A stretch of 64,000 nucleotides of DNA from an uncultured Phycisphaerales bacterium. GTDB lineage: Bacteria; Planctomycetota; Phycisphaerae; Tepidisphaerales; Tepidisphaeraceae. The translations under genes were made by a program, and so were the position numbers. This document shows positions 19,261 to 30,442 of the stretch, one piece after another (the first letter of the stretch is position 1; each line of letters begins with the position of its first letter). The notes below the pieces were generated by a model. That model had not been told where the DNA came from. It searched no databases and saw nothing but the letters and a program-made list of their open reading frames with translations. Where the stretch lies: assembly GCA_963844715.1 (NCBI GenBank), contig CAWJPJ010000006.1, forward strand, positions 64,001 to 128,000, read 5' to 3'.

Positions 19261-20451
19261 TTATTCGATCACACTCGCGCCGCCTGTCGCGGCGGTTACC
19301 AACGTCGCGGGTTGGCGGCCGAACTTTTCTGTGTACGTTTTGTGCAGTTGCTCGCAGAGCGATTCTACGCATCTTGGCTGGGCGAGAGCGACGATGCAGC
19401 CGCCGAAGCCGCCGCCGGTCATTCTGGCGCCGTAGACGCCTTTGATTTTGATCGCTTCTTCGACCAGGAAATCGAGTTCGGGGCAGCTTACCTCGTAATC
19501 GTCGCGCAGGGAATTGTGGCTTTGGACCATGAGTTCGCCGGCGGCTTCGTAATACATGCGGCGAAGCTGCTCGACCATGCTTACGGTGCGGGCGTTTTCG
19601 GTGATGACGTGACGGACGCGGCGGAAGTGGGTGTCGCTCATGTGGTCACGGGCGGATTCGAGCTGTTCCATCGTCACGTCGCGCAATGATCTGAGCTTGG
19701 GATGGGTGCGATGGAGGATGATCAGGGCTTCCTCGCATTGTTTGCGGCGCAGGGCGTATTCGCCGCCGCTGAGTTCGTGCTTGACCATGCTGTTGACGAT
19801 GACGACGCGCAGGTCTTTTTCGTGCAGATCGACAAACTGTTTGGCGAGATTTCGGCAATCCAAAAACATGGCGGTGCCCGGGTGTGCGCCGGCGACGATC
19901 ATCTGGTCCATGATTCCGGATGGAACTTGGGCGAATTCGTGCTCGGCGCGCTGGCAGATCAGAGCGAGCCGATCGGCGTCCATGTTCAATCCAGCGAGGA
20001 GGAGCATGGCTTTCCCGACGCCGACTTCCAGGGCGGCGCTGCTGGAGAGGCCGCCTCCGACGCTGAGGGAATTGCTGATGAGGATGTCCATGCCGGAGAG
20101 GGGGATGCCGGCTCCGATCAGTTCGGCGGCGATGCCGCGGACGTAATTGCCCCACTGCGGTTTGGATCGCTCGATTTTCTTCTGGACGGAAAACTCCACG
20201 GCGTCTTTGGGGAAAACCGTCGAGACGACGCGGACCAGGTCGTCGTTGCGGGTGCGGCAGGCGACGACGATCTCGGGCTCGATCGCCATGGGGAAGACGA
20301 AGCCTTCGCTGTAATCGGTGTGCTCGCCGATAAGATTCACGCGGCCGGGGGCGCGGACGAGATGGACGCGGCGGGCTTCCTTTGACGGATCGTCGGGGAA
20401 GGCTTCGGCGAATCGCTTTTTTATGCCTAGATAGTGCTCCGATTGAACCAT
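19261..20451 (-). CDS. galK: Galactokinase
   Basis: RAPGRVNLIGEHTDY, GGGLSSSAALE, GIMDQ, GARMTGGGFGGC. Confidence 0.97.
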   Translation of the reverse strand: MVQSEHYLGIKKRFAEAFPDDPSKEARRVHLVRAPGRVNLIGEHTDYSEGFVFPMAIEPEIVVACRTRNDDLVRVVSTVFPKDAVEFSVQKKIERSKPQWGNYVRGIAAELIGAGIPLSGMDILISNSLSVGGGLSSSAALEVGVGKAMLLLAGLNMDADRLALICQRAEHEFAQVPSGIMDQMIVAGAHPGTAMFLDCRNLAKQFVDLHEKDLRVVIVNSMVKHELSGGEYALRRKQCEEALIILHRTHPKLRSLRDVTMEQLESARDHMSDTHFRRVRHVITENARTVSMVEQLRRMYYEAAGELMVQSHNSLRDDYEVSCPELDFLVEEAIKIKGVYGARMTGGGFGGCIVALAQPRCVESLCEQLHKTYTEKFGRQPATLVTAATGGASVIE

Positions 20452-20719
20452 GTTATTTTGGTGGGAGCGACTGTATGGAGGGGGGGTGGGATGGTCAAGG
20501 TAAGAGCAATAATAGTGGATCGATGTTTGAGGGAAGGATTTGGGTCGGGTGTGTCGCTTGTGCCGAGGAAATGCGTGGGCTCGTATGCGAGAGAGCGTTG
20601 CCGATGCGATAGGTGTTGGCTGGCCTGGTGGAGGAGGGGTGAGCCTTCGCGCGAGGGGGCGGCAAATCGGTTCTTATCGGTCTGCTTTCTGGGGTCATCT
20701 AATGCTATACTTAACCATC

Positions 20720-21688
20720 ATGTTTTCGCGTCGTCGGGCGGTTTATTCCATCGCTTCGGTGCTTGTGCTGGCGCTGGGGATTTCTGCGCGGGGGGATCAG
20801 GCGGCTTCGCGGCCTAGCGTGCCGGATTGTTTTATGCGGTTTTTGGATGATGGGCAGGGGGGCGGGTCGCTGCAATCGGCGGAAGTTGTGTTTGTGAATC
20901 CGCAGGGCGTGAAAGTCCATTTGGTCGCAGCGATTCATATTGGAGAGAGGGCATACTACGACGGACTGAACAAGGATTTTCGGCAGGATGACGCGGTTTT
21001 GTATGAGATGGTTATGCCTAAGGACGCCCATCCGCCGGCGCCGGCGGGGAGTGGGGATTCGGATGACGACGCGCGGGAGCAGAACCCGATTTCGGATTTT
21101 CAGCGGTTTCTGAAGGATTCGCTGCAATTGGATTTTCAGCTCGACGACATCGATTACACGGCTCCCAATTTTGTGCATGCCGATCTGGACAGCGAAACCT
21201 TCGAGCGGATGCAGGCGCAGCGCGGGGAATCGTTTGAAACGCTGATGCTTCAGCAGTTGGTCAACGCGCTGAATCGAAAGCCTCAGAACGGGGACAATGC
21301 GGATGCGCAGTCTTTGTCGGACATGGTTCACGTTTTGACGCGGCCGGATATGGAGAGGCAGATCAAGATCGTTCTGGCTCGGCAACTGGGGCAGATGGAT
21401 TCGGCGGCGATGGGGCTGGACGGGCCGCAGGGGTCGGTCATTCTCACCGAGCGGAACAAGGCGGCAATGGCCGCGCTGGCGGATGTACTCACGGATGGGA
21501 AGAGGAATATCGCGATTTTCTTCGGGGCGGCGCATATGCCGGATTTGAGCAAGAGGCTGGAAGCTTAGGGGTTCGCGATCGATTCGGTTCAGTGGCGCAT
21601 GGCCTGGGATTTGAAGATTCGCGCGGATCAGCCATCGGCGGTGGAACTTCTGTTTGACAAAGTATTCGGCCCAGCCGATCAAAAATAG
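20720..21688 (+). CDS. Exported conserved hypothetical protein (TraB-like fold; frameshift near the 3' end)
   Basis: Signal peptide; LVAAIHIGE, VLYEMV, FVHADL, ILTERN, IFFGAAHMPD. Confidence 0.7.
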
Positions 21689-21723
21689 TAGAATCCCGCC
21701 CGAGTTAAAATGAATCCAGCCAC

Positions 21724-22346
21724 ATGAACCAACTGCGCGGAAAATTCATCGTTCTGGACGGCGGCGAAGGGTGCGGGAAAAGCACCCAGGCGCAGCTTCT
21801 CAAGGAATCTTTGGAAAACTCCGGCGTGGCCACGCTGCTGGTCCGCGATCCCGGCTCGACGCGCATTGGGGAAATGATTCGCAAAATTCTTCTCGATCCG
21901 GACAATCGCGAAATGTCGATGCGGCTGCGAAATGCTTTTATACATGGCGGCCCGAGCGCAGCTGATGCGGGAATTGATATTGCCGGCTTTGGCTGCAGGG
22001 GAAATGCGTGGTTTGCGACCGGTTCGTTTCCAGCACGCTGGCTTATCAGCTTGGAGGGGACGGTTTGACCGAGGCGGAAATTCGCAGCACGGCGGATTCG
22101 GCGATAGCGGGGCGCTGGCCGGATTTGACGATCATTTTGGATATGCCTGTGGAAAAGAGCGAGGCGAGGCTTCAGCGGGCGAAGGATCGGATTGAGCAAA
22201 GGCCGGCGGAGTATCACCGGAGGGTGAGGGAGAATTATCTGGCGCAGTCGAGGAAAGATTCGGAGAAGGTGAAGTGGGTCGCCGCGGATCGGGATCGAGA
22301 ATCTGTCCACAAGGATATTCTGGCGTTGATCGGCAGTATCGCTTAA
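21724..22346 (+). CDS. tmk: Thymidylate kinase (frameshifted)
   Basis: DGGEGCGKSTQ, RDPG, LLYMAARAQ, VCDRFVSSTLAYQ, DRIE across three frames. Confidence 0.92.
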
Positions 22347-22480
22347 ACCCGAAACCAGAAACCCGAATCAAATCCGAATGACTGAATGAGCGAAGGGCCG
22401 GACGGCTGAGGGACATGGACTCTTCATTCGGGTTTTGGGCATTCGGATTTGATTCTGGTTTCTGGTTTCGGAATTTTGGT
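22345..22480. repeat. Heptamer-based inverted repeat, family B (CCGAAACCAGAAACCCGAATCAAATCCGAATG)
   Basis: Complete two-arm palindrome between tmk and holB; single arms at 50508 and 62551. Confidence 0.8.
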
Positions 22481-22487
22481 TTCCCCT

Positions 22488-23509
22488 ATGGTCTCACTGA
22501 AAAGCATCTTCGGGCAAGACAAGGCGATTGAGGATTTGAAATCGGCTTTTGAATCAGATCGGCTTCCGCATGGTTTGATTTTTGCCGGGCCTTCGGGGGT
22601 GGGGAAGCGGACCACGGCGGAGGGGCTGGCGGCTTTGTTTTTGTGCGAGAAGCCGCGCGGGGGGAGGCTTGCGGGAAGTGTCAGAGTTGCCAGGGGATGC
22701 AAGCCGGGTCGCATCCGGATTTTCATTTTATCACTAAGGAGCTTGCGAGGCTGCATGATAAGTCGGGGACGAGCAAGGCGACGCAGATCGCGATTCAGGT
22801 GATTCGGCAGGAGTTGACGGCGCCGGCGGGGCGGAAGCCTTCGCTGGGGCGGGGGAAGGTGTTTCTCATCGAGGAAGCGGAATTGATGACTGTCGCGGCG
22901 CAGAATGCGCTGCTGAAAACACTTGAGGAGCCGCTGGGGAGGACGCTGGTTGTTTTGCTGACGGTGAGTTCGGCGGCTCTTTTGGCGACGGTGCGTAGCC
23001 GATGCCAGACGATTCGGTTTGGGGGGCTGGATTTGAAATGGATTGCGCGACAGCTTGCGGAGCGCGGGAACGACTCAGCGACGGCGAAAGTCGCGGCGGA
23101 GATGAGCGATGGATCGATCGGGGACGCCATTCGATGGATCGAGGATGCGGCGATCGAGCCGGCGGAGGCGGTCATCGAGCGCGTCGACGCGGTGCTGGCG
23201 GGGAAGAAGGCGGAGGATTTGCCGGAACTTCTGAAGAAGTCGGCCGAGGGGCTGGCGCAGAAGAGGCTGGATCGCGATCCGCTGGCCAGCAAAGACGCGG
23301 CGACGCGCAACGGGTTGGAAGTGTTTTTATCCGTTGTCTCTCGGCGGTTGCGGCGCGATCTTGCCGAGCAGAAGGATTCGGATCGTTTGGAGAAGACTTG
23401 CCGGTGCATCGAAGCCGTTGCTCTGGCGGAAAAATATCTGGATGCGAATGTGAACGTCTCTTTGGTGCTGGAGCAGTTGGGGTTAACTTTGGGCCGCAAG
23501 CCCGCGTAG
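22488..23509 (+). CDS. holB: DNA polymerase III subunit delta' (frameshifted)
   Basis: IFGQ, GPSGVGK, CGKCQSC...HPDF, AQNALLKTLEEP, TVRSRC. Confidence 0.92.
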
Positions 23510-24542
23510 AAGCTCGGCGATTTTGACGTGCGGGCGAGGAAGAGGGTAATTCGATAAGTCGTCCAGCGTGACCCATCGGCGGTTTCCCGGGTCGAGCTTC
23601 CCGTTTAGGCTGGCCACGAAAATATTGAAGACATAGCGGCGATGGGTCAGGGCGTGACGAATCTGGCCAAGGGGTTGTGGGTCCGCAACGGAAATGGAAA
23701 GGGGGTCTTTGGCGGGGATGGTGACAAATTGCCAAAGACCGGCCCATCGCCCGGGGATTGGGCGCTGCTCGATCAGCCAGCGTGAGCCGTCTTGGATGCA
23801 ATACGTTTGCCGGCGGACGATCGGGGTTTTCTTGATTACTCGGGGCACGGGGATTTGATCGACTAAATTCGTTTTGAATGCTTTGCAGAACTTGCGAACG
23901 GGACATTGGCGGCATTTGGGTGCCTTGGGGGTGCAGACAGTGGCGCCCAATTCCATGAGAGCGGAGTTGAAGTCGCCGGTGCGGCTGGTTCGGGAGGATT
24001 TCTTCCGCGCGAATCCAGAGGTGTTGCCGCACTTTGCGCAATCGGGGATCAGATCGCAGGCAATCGAGGCGGCAAAGGACGCGCGAGACGTTGCCGTCGA
24101 GAATTGGGGCGCGGGCGTCAAAGGCAATGGAAGCGATGGCGCCGGCGGTGTATTGCCCGATTCCGGGCAGAGTTTGCAGTTCCGCTACGGTTTGGGGGAT
24201 GGTTCCAGAGAAATCGGTAGTGACTTTTCGAGCGGCCGCCAACAGGTTGCGGGCCCGCGAGTAATACCCCAATCCCTGCCAGAGGCGGAGGACCTCCTGC
24301 TCGTCCGCCGCCGCGAGAGTGGCGACGGCGGGGTATCGTTTCATAAACGCATCATAGTAAGGGATAACTGTAGATACCTGCGTTTGTTGGAGCATGAATT
24401 CGCTGACGAGAATCGCAAAGGGGTCGCGGGTCCGCCGCCAGGGCAAATCGCGGCGGTTTTTGTCGTACCAGGCGAGGAGTTGTTTGCCGAAAGCAGATCG
24501 ATTGAAGCGAGTTGAGATCGGTGAGAGTCGCGCTGAAGTCAT
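23483..24542 (-). CDS. mutY: A/G-specific adenine glycosylase (frameshifted)
   Basis: RRDLPWR, SEFMLQQTQV, WQGLGYYSRARNL, LPGIGQYTAGAI, DGNV, CTPKAPKCRQCPVRKFC. Confidence 0.95.
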
Positions 24543-24702
24543 GAGCTTGGCCGGCAACTTAGTGCGAGTTTTCACAAAAGCAAAATAATTTTGAAATACC
24601 CGTAACCTATTCTGTCGAGGCGTGATTATAATGTTGTGCGAAGCGGTCAGGAGGATCGCGCGGGGCGGGAGGAAGTGCTGAGGTACTGTCACGGAGGAAC
24701 TC

Positions 24703-24940
24703 ATGACCCGAGCGCCGCACGTGGATGATTTTGTTCGCCTCACCCGGGACATTCCCGAGCTATCGTTAAACTGCGGTGAAGTTGGGGTCGTTCGCAGCAC
24801 GTGGTTCTCGCCATCGGTTGCGTACGAAGTGGAATTTCACCAGATCGGACACGACTATCAGACGCTGCGCTTTGTTGCTGGCGGAGCAGTTGACCGTTGA
24901 AGAAGGTTCGCTGTTCGCCACCGATGGGGCGGCCGTTTGA
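24703..24940 (+). CDS. DUF4926-like small protein (frameshift near the 3' end)
   Basis: DFVRLTRDIPELSLNCGEVGVV...AYEVEF; GGAGG RBS, TATAAT upstream. Confidence 0.65.
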
Positions 24941-24948
24941 TTTCGGCG

Positions 24949-26221
24949 TCAGTTGTTCTGCGGGTTGGGCGGAATCAAATTGCTTTGGCCGTTTAAATCG
25001 GCAGGGGGCCATCGCTGCACATTTTCCATCCAGGGGGAAGAGTGAAAGAAGTAGGTGTCGTCTCCCTGCGCGGGCGCGACCAGTCCAAGCCAGGTTTGTC
25101 TCCAGCCGCCTTCGAATTCCACGGTTACATTATGAGTTCCCGGCGCGACATGCAGGGGAATGACGTACACCGTGGCGCGGGAGCATTTCCCATTGGCGCA
25201 GATCCGCCTGGCTGGTCGCTTTCAGGAGCAAGCCGCCGGCGATGAGGGCTAGCCCGAGTTCCTGATTCGACTGCCGATTGCTGGTTAATCCCTCGACAGC
25301 GCCGGCGGCGATCAAGCCGGTCCCGGCGATTGACTTGACGGCGCGAATTGTATCGATGCTCTGCCAGCGGCGATCCTGAGCCAGGGCGAGCAAATCGACG
25401 GGCGGGATGGCGAATGATTCCGTATCGTAACTGGCTCCATCGACGATGACGCGCGGGAGATAAATGGGTCCAGCCTCGCGCGGGCGGGGGGCGAAGCCGA
25501 CGAATGCGCCGTCACCGTTGGCGACTTTCCGCGGACCCTGGCCCCATTCGACGATGAGCAAAAGATTGGCGTCGCGATTCATGGTTGGATCGGCCAGATA
25601 CGCCAGGTCGGGGCGCAGATCGCGCACCTTGACGAAGAGGGATTGGGCTTTGTCGTCCTCGCCGAGGCGCTGCCAGGACTTGGCGAGCATGAGATAGCCG
25701 AGGGCGAAATTGCTGTCGACATCGGCGTATTTGTCTTCGTCCGAGCCCTGGTAGTCGCGGAGTTTGAAGAGCGCGTTTTCGAAAGCGGCGCGGGCGTTGT
25801 TGTAGTCGTGGCGCATGTAATAGATCACGCCGAGGTAGAAATTGACCATGGCGCGCTCGAAAGGCTCGCCTTTCCAGACTTTGATGTTTTCGGAGACGAG
25901 CACCGCGCCGAGGGAGCGGCCGCCGTCGTTTACGCCGACGCTGTTGATGACTTCATAGGCGCGAAGGAAAGCGTCTTCCGCGCCGGCGAGGTCGTAGTCG
26001 GCCATATTGGTGGAACCGAGGCGGACGTTGTTGAGGACGAAATCGCCGTTGGTTTTTCTGGCCAGGGGGTCGAGCAGAGCGCGGGCCTGGCCGAAATCTC
26101 CCTCGTAATAGTCGATCACGGCGCTGTTGGCGTGCTGATCATCCGCGGACTCACAGCCGGCGAGGAGGAGGGTCGCCAAAACCACGGCGCAGATCCAGGT
26201 TTTTGCGGTGGGTCGCTTCAA
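24949..26221 (-). CDS. COG3014-like TPR lipoprotein (frameshift near the 3' end)
   Basis: Lipobox LAGC; WKGEPFERAMVNFY; ADLRQWEMLP. Confidence 0.7.
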
Positions 26222-26796
26222 TCCAAGAATCCTTTCACGGCATTTTTCTTAACTTTATACGATCCGCTCCAAAGTTCGCGGCGATGATCCAGGTCGGTCA
26301 GGCGATAGACGCACAAGTAATAGGCGCTGCGATGCGAGGAATCCTCCTGGGTGAGGGAATCGAAGCGGGCCGTCAGGGCATACTGGGGATTCACGGCATC
26401 CGGGCTGGGGCCGAGGGGGACATTGATTAGTTCGCTTTGGCGGAGGGCGTAAAATTCATCGCGATTCATGATCCACATGAACGAGTCGGGATCGTGCTGC
26501 GAAAGGAGGGCGCGAACATTTGCAGTGTAGGCCTGGGCCTGCCCGGTGGGGAGGATTTCGGCGGTCATGCGGTTTTCGACCGGCTCGCAGACGACGCGGA
26601 GGGGGCCATTCGCTTTGATCTCCGCCTGAACGGCGGGCGAGGCCATGATCGACGCCGCCATTTGGGAAGTCATCGCCTGGAGATCGATGGAATCGAGGGC
26701 GGTATTGTACCCGCTGGACACGGCGGAGCTGCATCCGGCAAGCCAGCCGAACATCAGGGGGCAGAATAGGCTCAGAACTCGCATGGACCGCATCAA
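26218..26796 (-). CDS. LpoB/CsgG-like lipoprotein
   Basis: Lipobox LAGC; DLQAMTSQMAASI, PVENRM, YRLTDL...ELWSG. Confidence 0.6.
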   Translation of the reverse strand: MMRSMRVLSLFCPLMFGWLAGCSSAVSSGYNTALDSIDLQAMTSQMAASIMASPAVQAEIKANGPLRVVCEPVENRMTAEILPTGQAQAYTANVRALLSQHDPDSFMWIMNRDEFYALRQSELINVPLGPSPDAVNPQYALTARFDSLTQEDSSHRSAYYLCVYRLTDLDHRRELWSGSYKVKKNAVKGFLD

Positions 26797-26806
26797 GTGT
26801 CCCCTT

Positions 26807-27401
26807 TTACAACTTTACCGGGCGACTTTCACTTGATACGTGCGCGACCAGACTTGGACGCGTGTGTGGGCGTTCACGATGTTGAACTGAAGGAGATAAA
26901 AGTTTGTGCTGCGGTTGGGCATGTCGATCGCCTTGCCGTAGAGGATGTAATCCGGATTGACGGCTTGGGGCGCGGGGGCGTTGGGGCTGCCGCCCTGGCC
27001 GTAGGGGTCGGAGGCGCCATCCAGTTCTGAAGAGCGCAGATTGTTGAAGGTTGCCTTGTTCTCGATGAGGGCAATGCGCCCTGGGCCTTTTCGCTGATGG
27101 CGCTGCGGAGTGACTCGGTGAAGATGTCATAATTGGTGGCGAACATGTGGTCGATGGTTTCGTCCTGCACGCCGGTGACGACCAGGGTCCATTGCGTTGG
27201 CGACGAGTTGAGTTGCTGGGAGGAGAGAAGGTCGCTGACAAGCTGGTTGGTGCAGGCGATGACATCCTTGCTCTGCAGGCCGCTGTCGTCGGGACTGAGC
27301 TGTGCGGCATCGGGGCGCTGGTCTCCATAGTCGCTGGAACAGCCCCACAGGGGGAGGGCCAATAATCCCAAAGTGATTGCTGCGATGCTGGCGCGGTTCA
27401 T
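26807..27401 (-). CDS. Second LpoB-like lipoprotein (frameshifted)
   Basis: Lipobox LWGC; GLQSKDV, VQDET; C-terminal PDYILYG...QVWS in another frame. Confidence 0.6.
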
Positions 27402-27616
27402 TTCGATATCTCCTTTTTCCTCATCGTCCACGTGGCGGCAATTAGTTTACGTCAAGGTGACCGGGTGACAACCCATGCGCGGGCGGCTTGACACCCCATT
27501 TTTCGCGCTTACGGTTACTAAGGCGTCGGCCATCCATATTTAGACACGCCAATGGCATAAAAGGCAGGCCAACCTTTTAAGCCCGCGGGTGTCTAATCCT
27601 AGGCAGGAGGTGCGCA

Positions 27617-28551
27617 TTGAGACGGGCTATAGTTTGCACAATTGCCGGTGGAATGCTGGCGCTGCTTGGCGCCTGCGAAGATAAGCCAGTGGGTCCGACG
27701 CCGGCGAACGTTCCGGTGCAGGGTCCACCGCCGACGGCGGTTTACCCGGCGGACGTTCCCAAGCCGATGCCGGCGCAGGATACGGAGCCGCCGCCGCCCG
27801 CGTATGACGATCCGCCTTTGGTGGATCAGCAGTTGCCGGAGGAGGCGTGGTTTCTCGGAACGTATAACAAGGTGGGGCGTCCGCGCATCGCGGTGTTTGT
27901 CAATCGGTCGCTGGATGGGAATCTGATTGGGGACACCGGCGAGCCGATCATTACAACCAATACCGAACAAGGAAGCAGCGGCTCCGTGAATGTGCAGCAT
28001 TCCTCGGACAGCGGGTATTACGGGTATTGGTCGAGCAGCCATTCGCAACAGTCCGATCAGTTCTCGACGACCGGGCCGGCGGAATATCACCAGAGCACGA
28101 CCGTCTATCTTCACCCCGGGCAATACGACGACGCTTCGCTGGCGGCTCTTGATTATCAGGAAATGGAATCGCTTCTGTCCGATTGGATAAGCTGCGACGG
28201 GCAGGTGACACTGGTCTCGCCCGGATTCATTCGGTCGCACATGAGCGATCAGGATGTTCAGGCGTTGCAGGACGGGAAATCCTCGGGGCTGGATGCGCTG
28301 AGCAAAAATACCAACGCCGATGTGCTGATTCAGGTGCAGGCGCATCCGGCGCAGCGGCAGGGGGTGGTGGTGCTGCTGGTGGCGGAGGCGATTAACGTGC
28401 GCGGCGGGGAATCATTGGCGCACGCTTCGGTTGAGATGCCCACGCCGGTCGATCGATATGCTTTGAATAATTACACGCGCTTCCTGCGCGAAAAGTGATT
28501 CATGAGATGACCAATACGTGGAACGCCGCCGCGCCGACGACGCAGCCGTGA
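27617..28551 (+). CDS. Proline-rich lipoprotein with a CsgG/FlgT-like domain (frameshift near the 3' end)
   Basis: Lipobox LGAC; Pro-rich linker; GRPRIAVFVNR; ADVLIQV; ends AAAPTTQP* once the frame is restored. Confidence 0.6.
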
Positions 28552-28574
28552 TTCCGCGAAGGATACCAACGCAC

Positions 28575-28975
28575 ATGAAGATCAAATTGCTTCTGAGTTT
28601 GGCGAGTCTTGGATTGGCTTTGAGTTTTCTGGCGCCTGTACGCAGGATAACTCGCCGACGTACGGGCGGGCGGAGAAATACCAAGTGCAGCATCTTCAGT
28701 TTGCCAACGATGACCTGGCGGGCAACACGCGCGTCGAGCCGGTGCAGGCCATGCGCGATACCTTTGGCTTGCTGCACGTGACGCTCAACATCCGCTCGAC
28801 GACCAACGCCCAGCAATACGTCGATGGATACATCACCTTCACGCGCGAGGGGCAATTCGTTGAAAAATTGGGGCCGAAAACCGTCACGCTCCTGCCCAAT
28901 GCGTTCGATACGATCCTGTTCGACAGCACGCAGCCGGCGGATGATTATTTCATTACGCTGGATTATGCGAAATGA
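28575..28975 (+). CDS. YcfL/DUF1425-like lipoprotein (frameshifted)
   Basis: Signal peptide with a cysteine; LLHVTLNIRS...ITF...PADDY. Confidence 0.55.
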
Positions 28976-29044
28976 AGAATAGTTGCTGGTAAATGCGGTC
29001 GGCGCGTCGGTGGTTTGTTTCTAGCAAGTTACAACTAGCAACTA

Positions 29045-29931
29045 GGGCCTGTCTGATGAATCGCTTTTGGTTATAAATAGCGGTTTTCAGACGAGGTGTC
29101 ACGGATGCGACGTTATGAGCTCACGGATGAGCAGTACGAGTTGATCGGCGATCTGCTGCCCGGCAACGGCAAGCGCGGCGGGCAGTGGAACGACCACCGC
29201 ACCACGCTCAACGGCATGTTCTGGATTCTGCACTCGGGCGCTCAATGGCGCGAGATGCCCGAACGTTACGGCAGATGGCAAAGCGTCTACGACCGCTTCA
29301 ACCGCTGGAGAAAGGACGGAACGATTGATCGAATCCTCCAGCGGCTGCAGATGAGGTTGGACAAGCAAGGACGAATCGACTGGGACCTGTGGTGCATCGA
29401 CGGCACCAATGTGCGAGCCAGTCGATCCGCCGCCGGAGCCAGAAAATCAAAACCGCCCCGGAAGAACCGGCGGATCACGCGTTGGGCCGCAGCCGAGGCG
29501 GGTGGGGCAGCAAGCTCCACCTGGTTACTGACGGCCAGGGAGTTCCGCTCGCCGTCGAGGCCAGCGCCGGCCAATGCCACGAGAGCCGGTACGTGGAGCC
29601 GGTGATGAACGCGATGCGCATCGGTCGCCGCCGTCGTCGCCCCAGGAGGCTGGCGGGCGACAAGGGATACAGTTACGGAAATGTGCGGCGATGGCTGCGT
29701 CGCCACCGAATCCAAGCGGTGATCCCGGCGAAATCGAATCAGCCGCCGCAGGAGAACTTTGATCGCAAGGCGTATCGCCGACGGAACGTGGTGGAGCGTT
29801 GCGTGAATTGGATGAAGGAGAATCGCCGCCTGGGCACGCGTTACGAGAAACTGGCGGTGAACTTTCAGGCCATGGCCAAGCTCGCCATGATCCGTCGCTA
29901 TTTCAGGATTTTGGATTCATCAGACAGGCCC
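29045..29931 (+). mobile_element. IS5-family element, copy 3, 887 bp
   Basis: Same 18-bp IRs and transposase ORFs; CTAG on both sides; inserted into a CTAGCAA heptamer array. Confidence 0.95.
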
Positions 29932-29940
29932 TAGCAACTT

Positions 29941-30432
29941 TCAAACTTTTTTCCGTAAGTCTTCCAATAGACCGCCTATCGTCATTTGCAGAACGGGATG
30001 GACCGCTTCCGGTGCGATTTCGGCCAGGGGTTGTAGGACGAAAAGTCGCTCGTGCATGAGGGGGTGGGGGACGACGAGGTCCTGGGTGCTGATGATTTGA
30101 TCGGCCCAGAGGAGAAGATCCAGGTCAATTACCCGGGGCTCCCATTTGCGGCGGCGCTTGCGGCCTAGTTCCTTTTCGATTTTCATCAGGCGGCGTAGAA
30201 AAACGGCGGGCGCGAGGGAAGTTCGCACTTCGGCGACGGCGTTGAGGTAGGGGGGGGAATTGGCGGGGCCACCGACGGCGGGGTTTTCCAGCAGCGACGA
30301 GACGCGGAGGACTTTGACGCTTTCGGTGTCGCGGAGTTTTAAGAGGGCGGCGTGAATGTTGCGGCGACGATCACCCAGATTGGCCCCCAGGCCAATATAA
30401 GCGGTCACCGTCGGCCTCGGCGCCTTCCCCAT
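29941..30432 (-). CDS. folK: 2-amino-4-hydroxy-6-hydroxymethyldihydropteridine diphosphokinase
   Basis: AYIGLGANLGD, YLNAV, RKWEPRVIDLDLL, VPHP, RLFVLQPL. Confidence 0.95.
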   Translation of the reverse strand: MGKAPRPTVTAYIGLGANLGDRRRNIHAALLKLRDTESVKVLRVSSLLENPAVGGPANSPPYLNAVAEVRTSLAPAVFLRRLMKIEKELGRKRRRKWEPRVIDLDLLLWADQIISTQDLVVPHPLMHERLFVLQPLAEIAPEAVHPVLQMTIGGLLEDLRKKV

Positions 30433-30442
30433 GGGCGATAAT

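Noticed and set aside
19105..22480. Heptamer repeat clusters as a CRISPR array
   Set aside because: No constant repeats separated by unique spacers and no cas genes; they are inverted repeats
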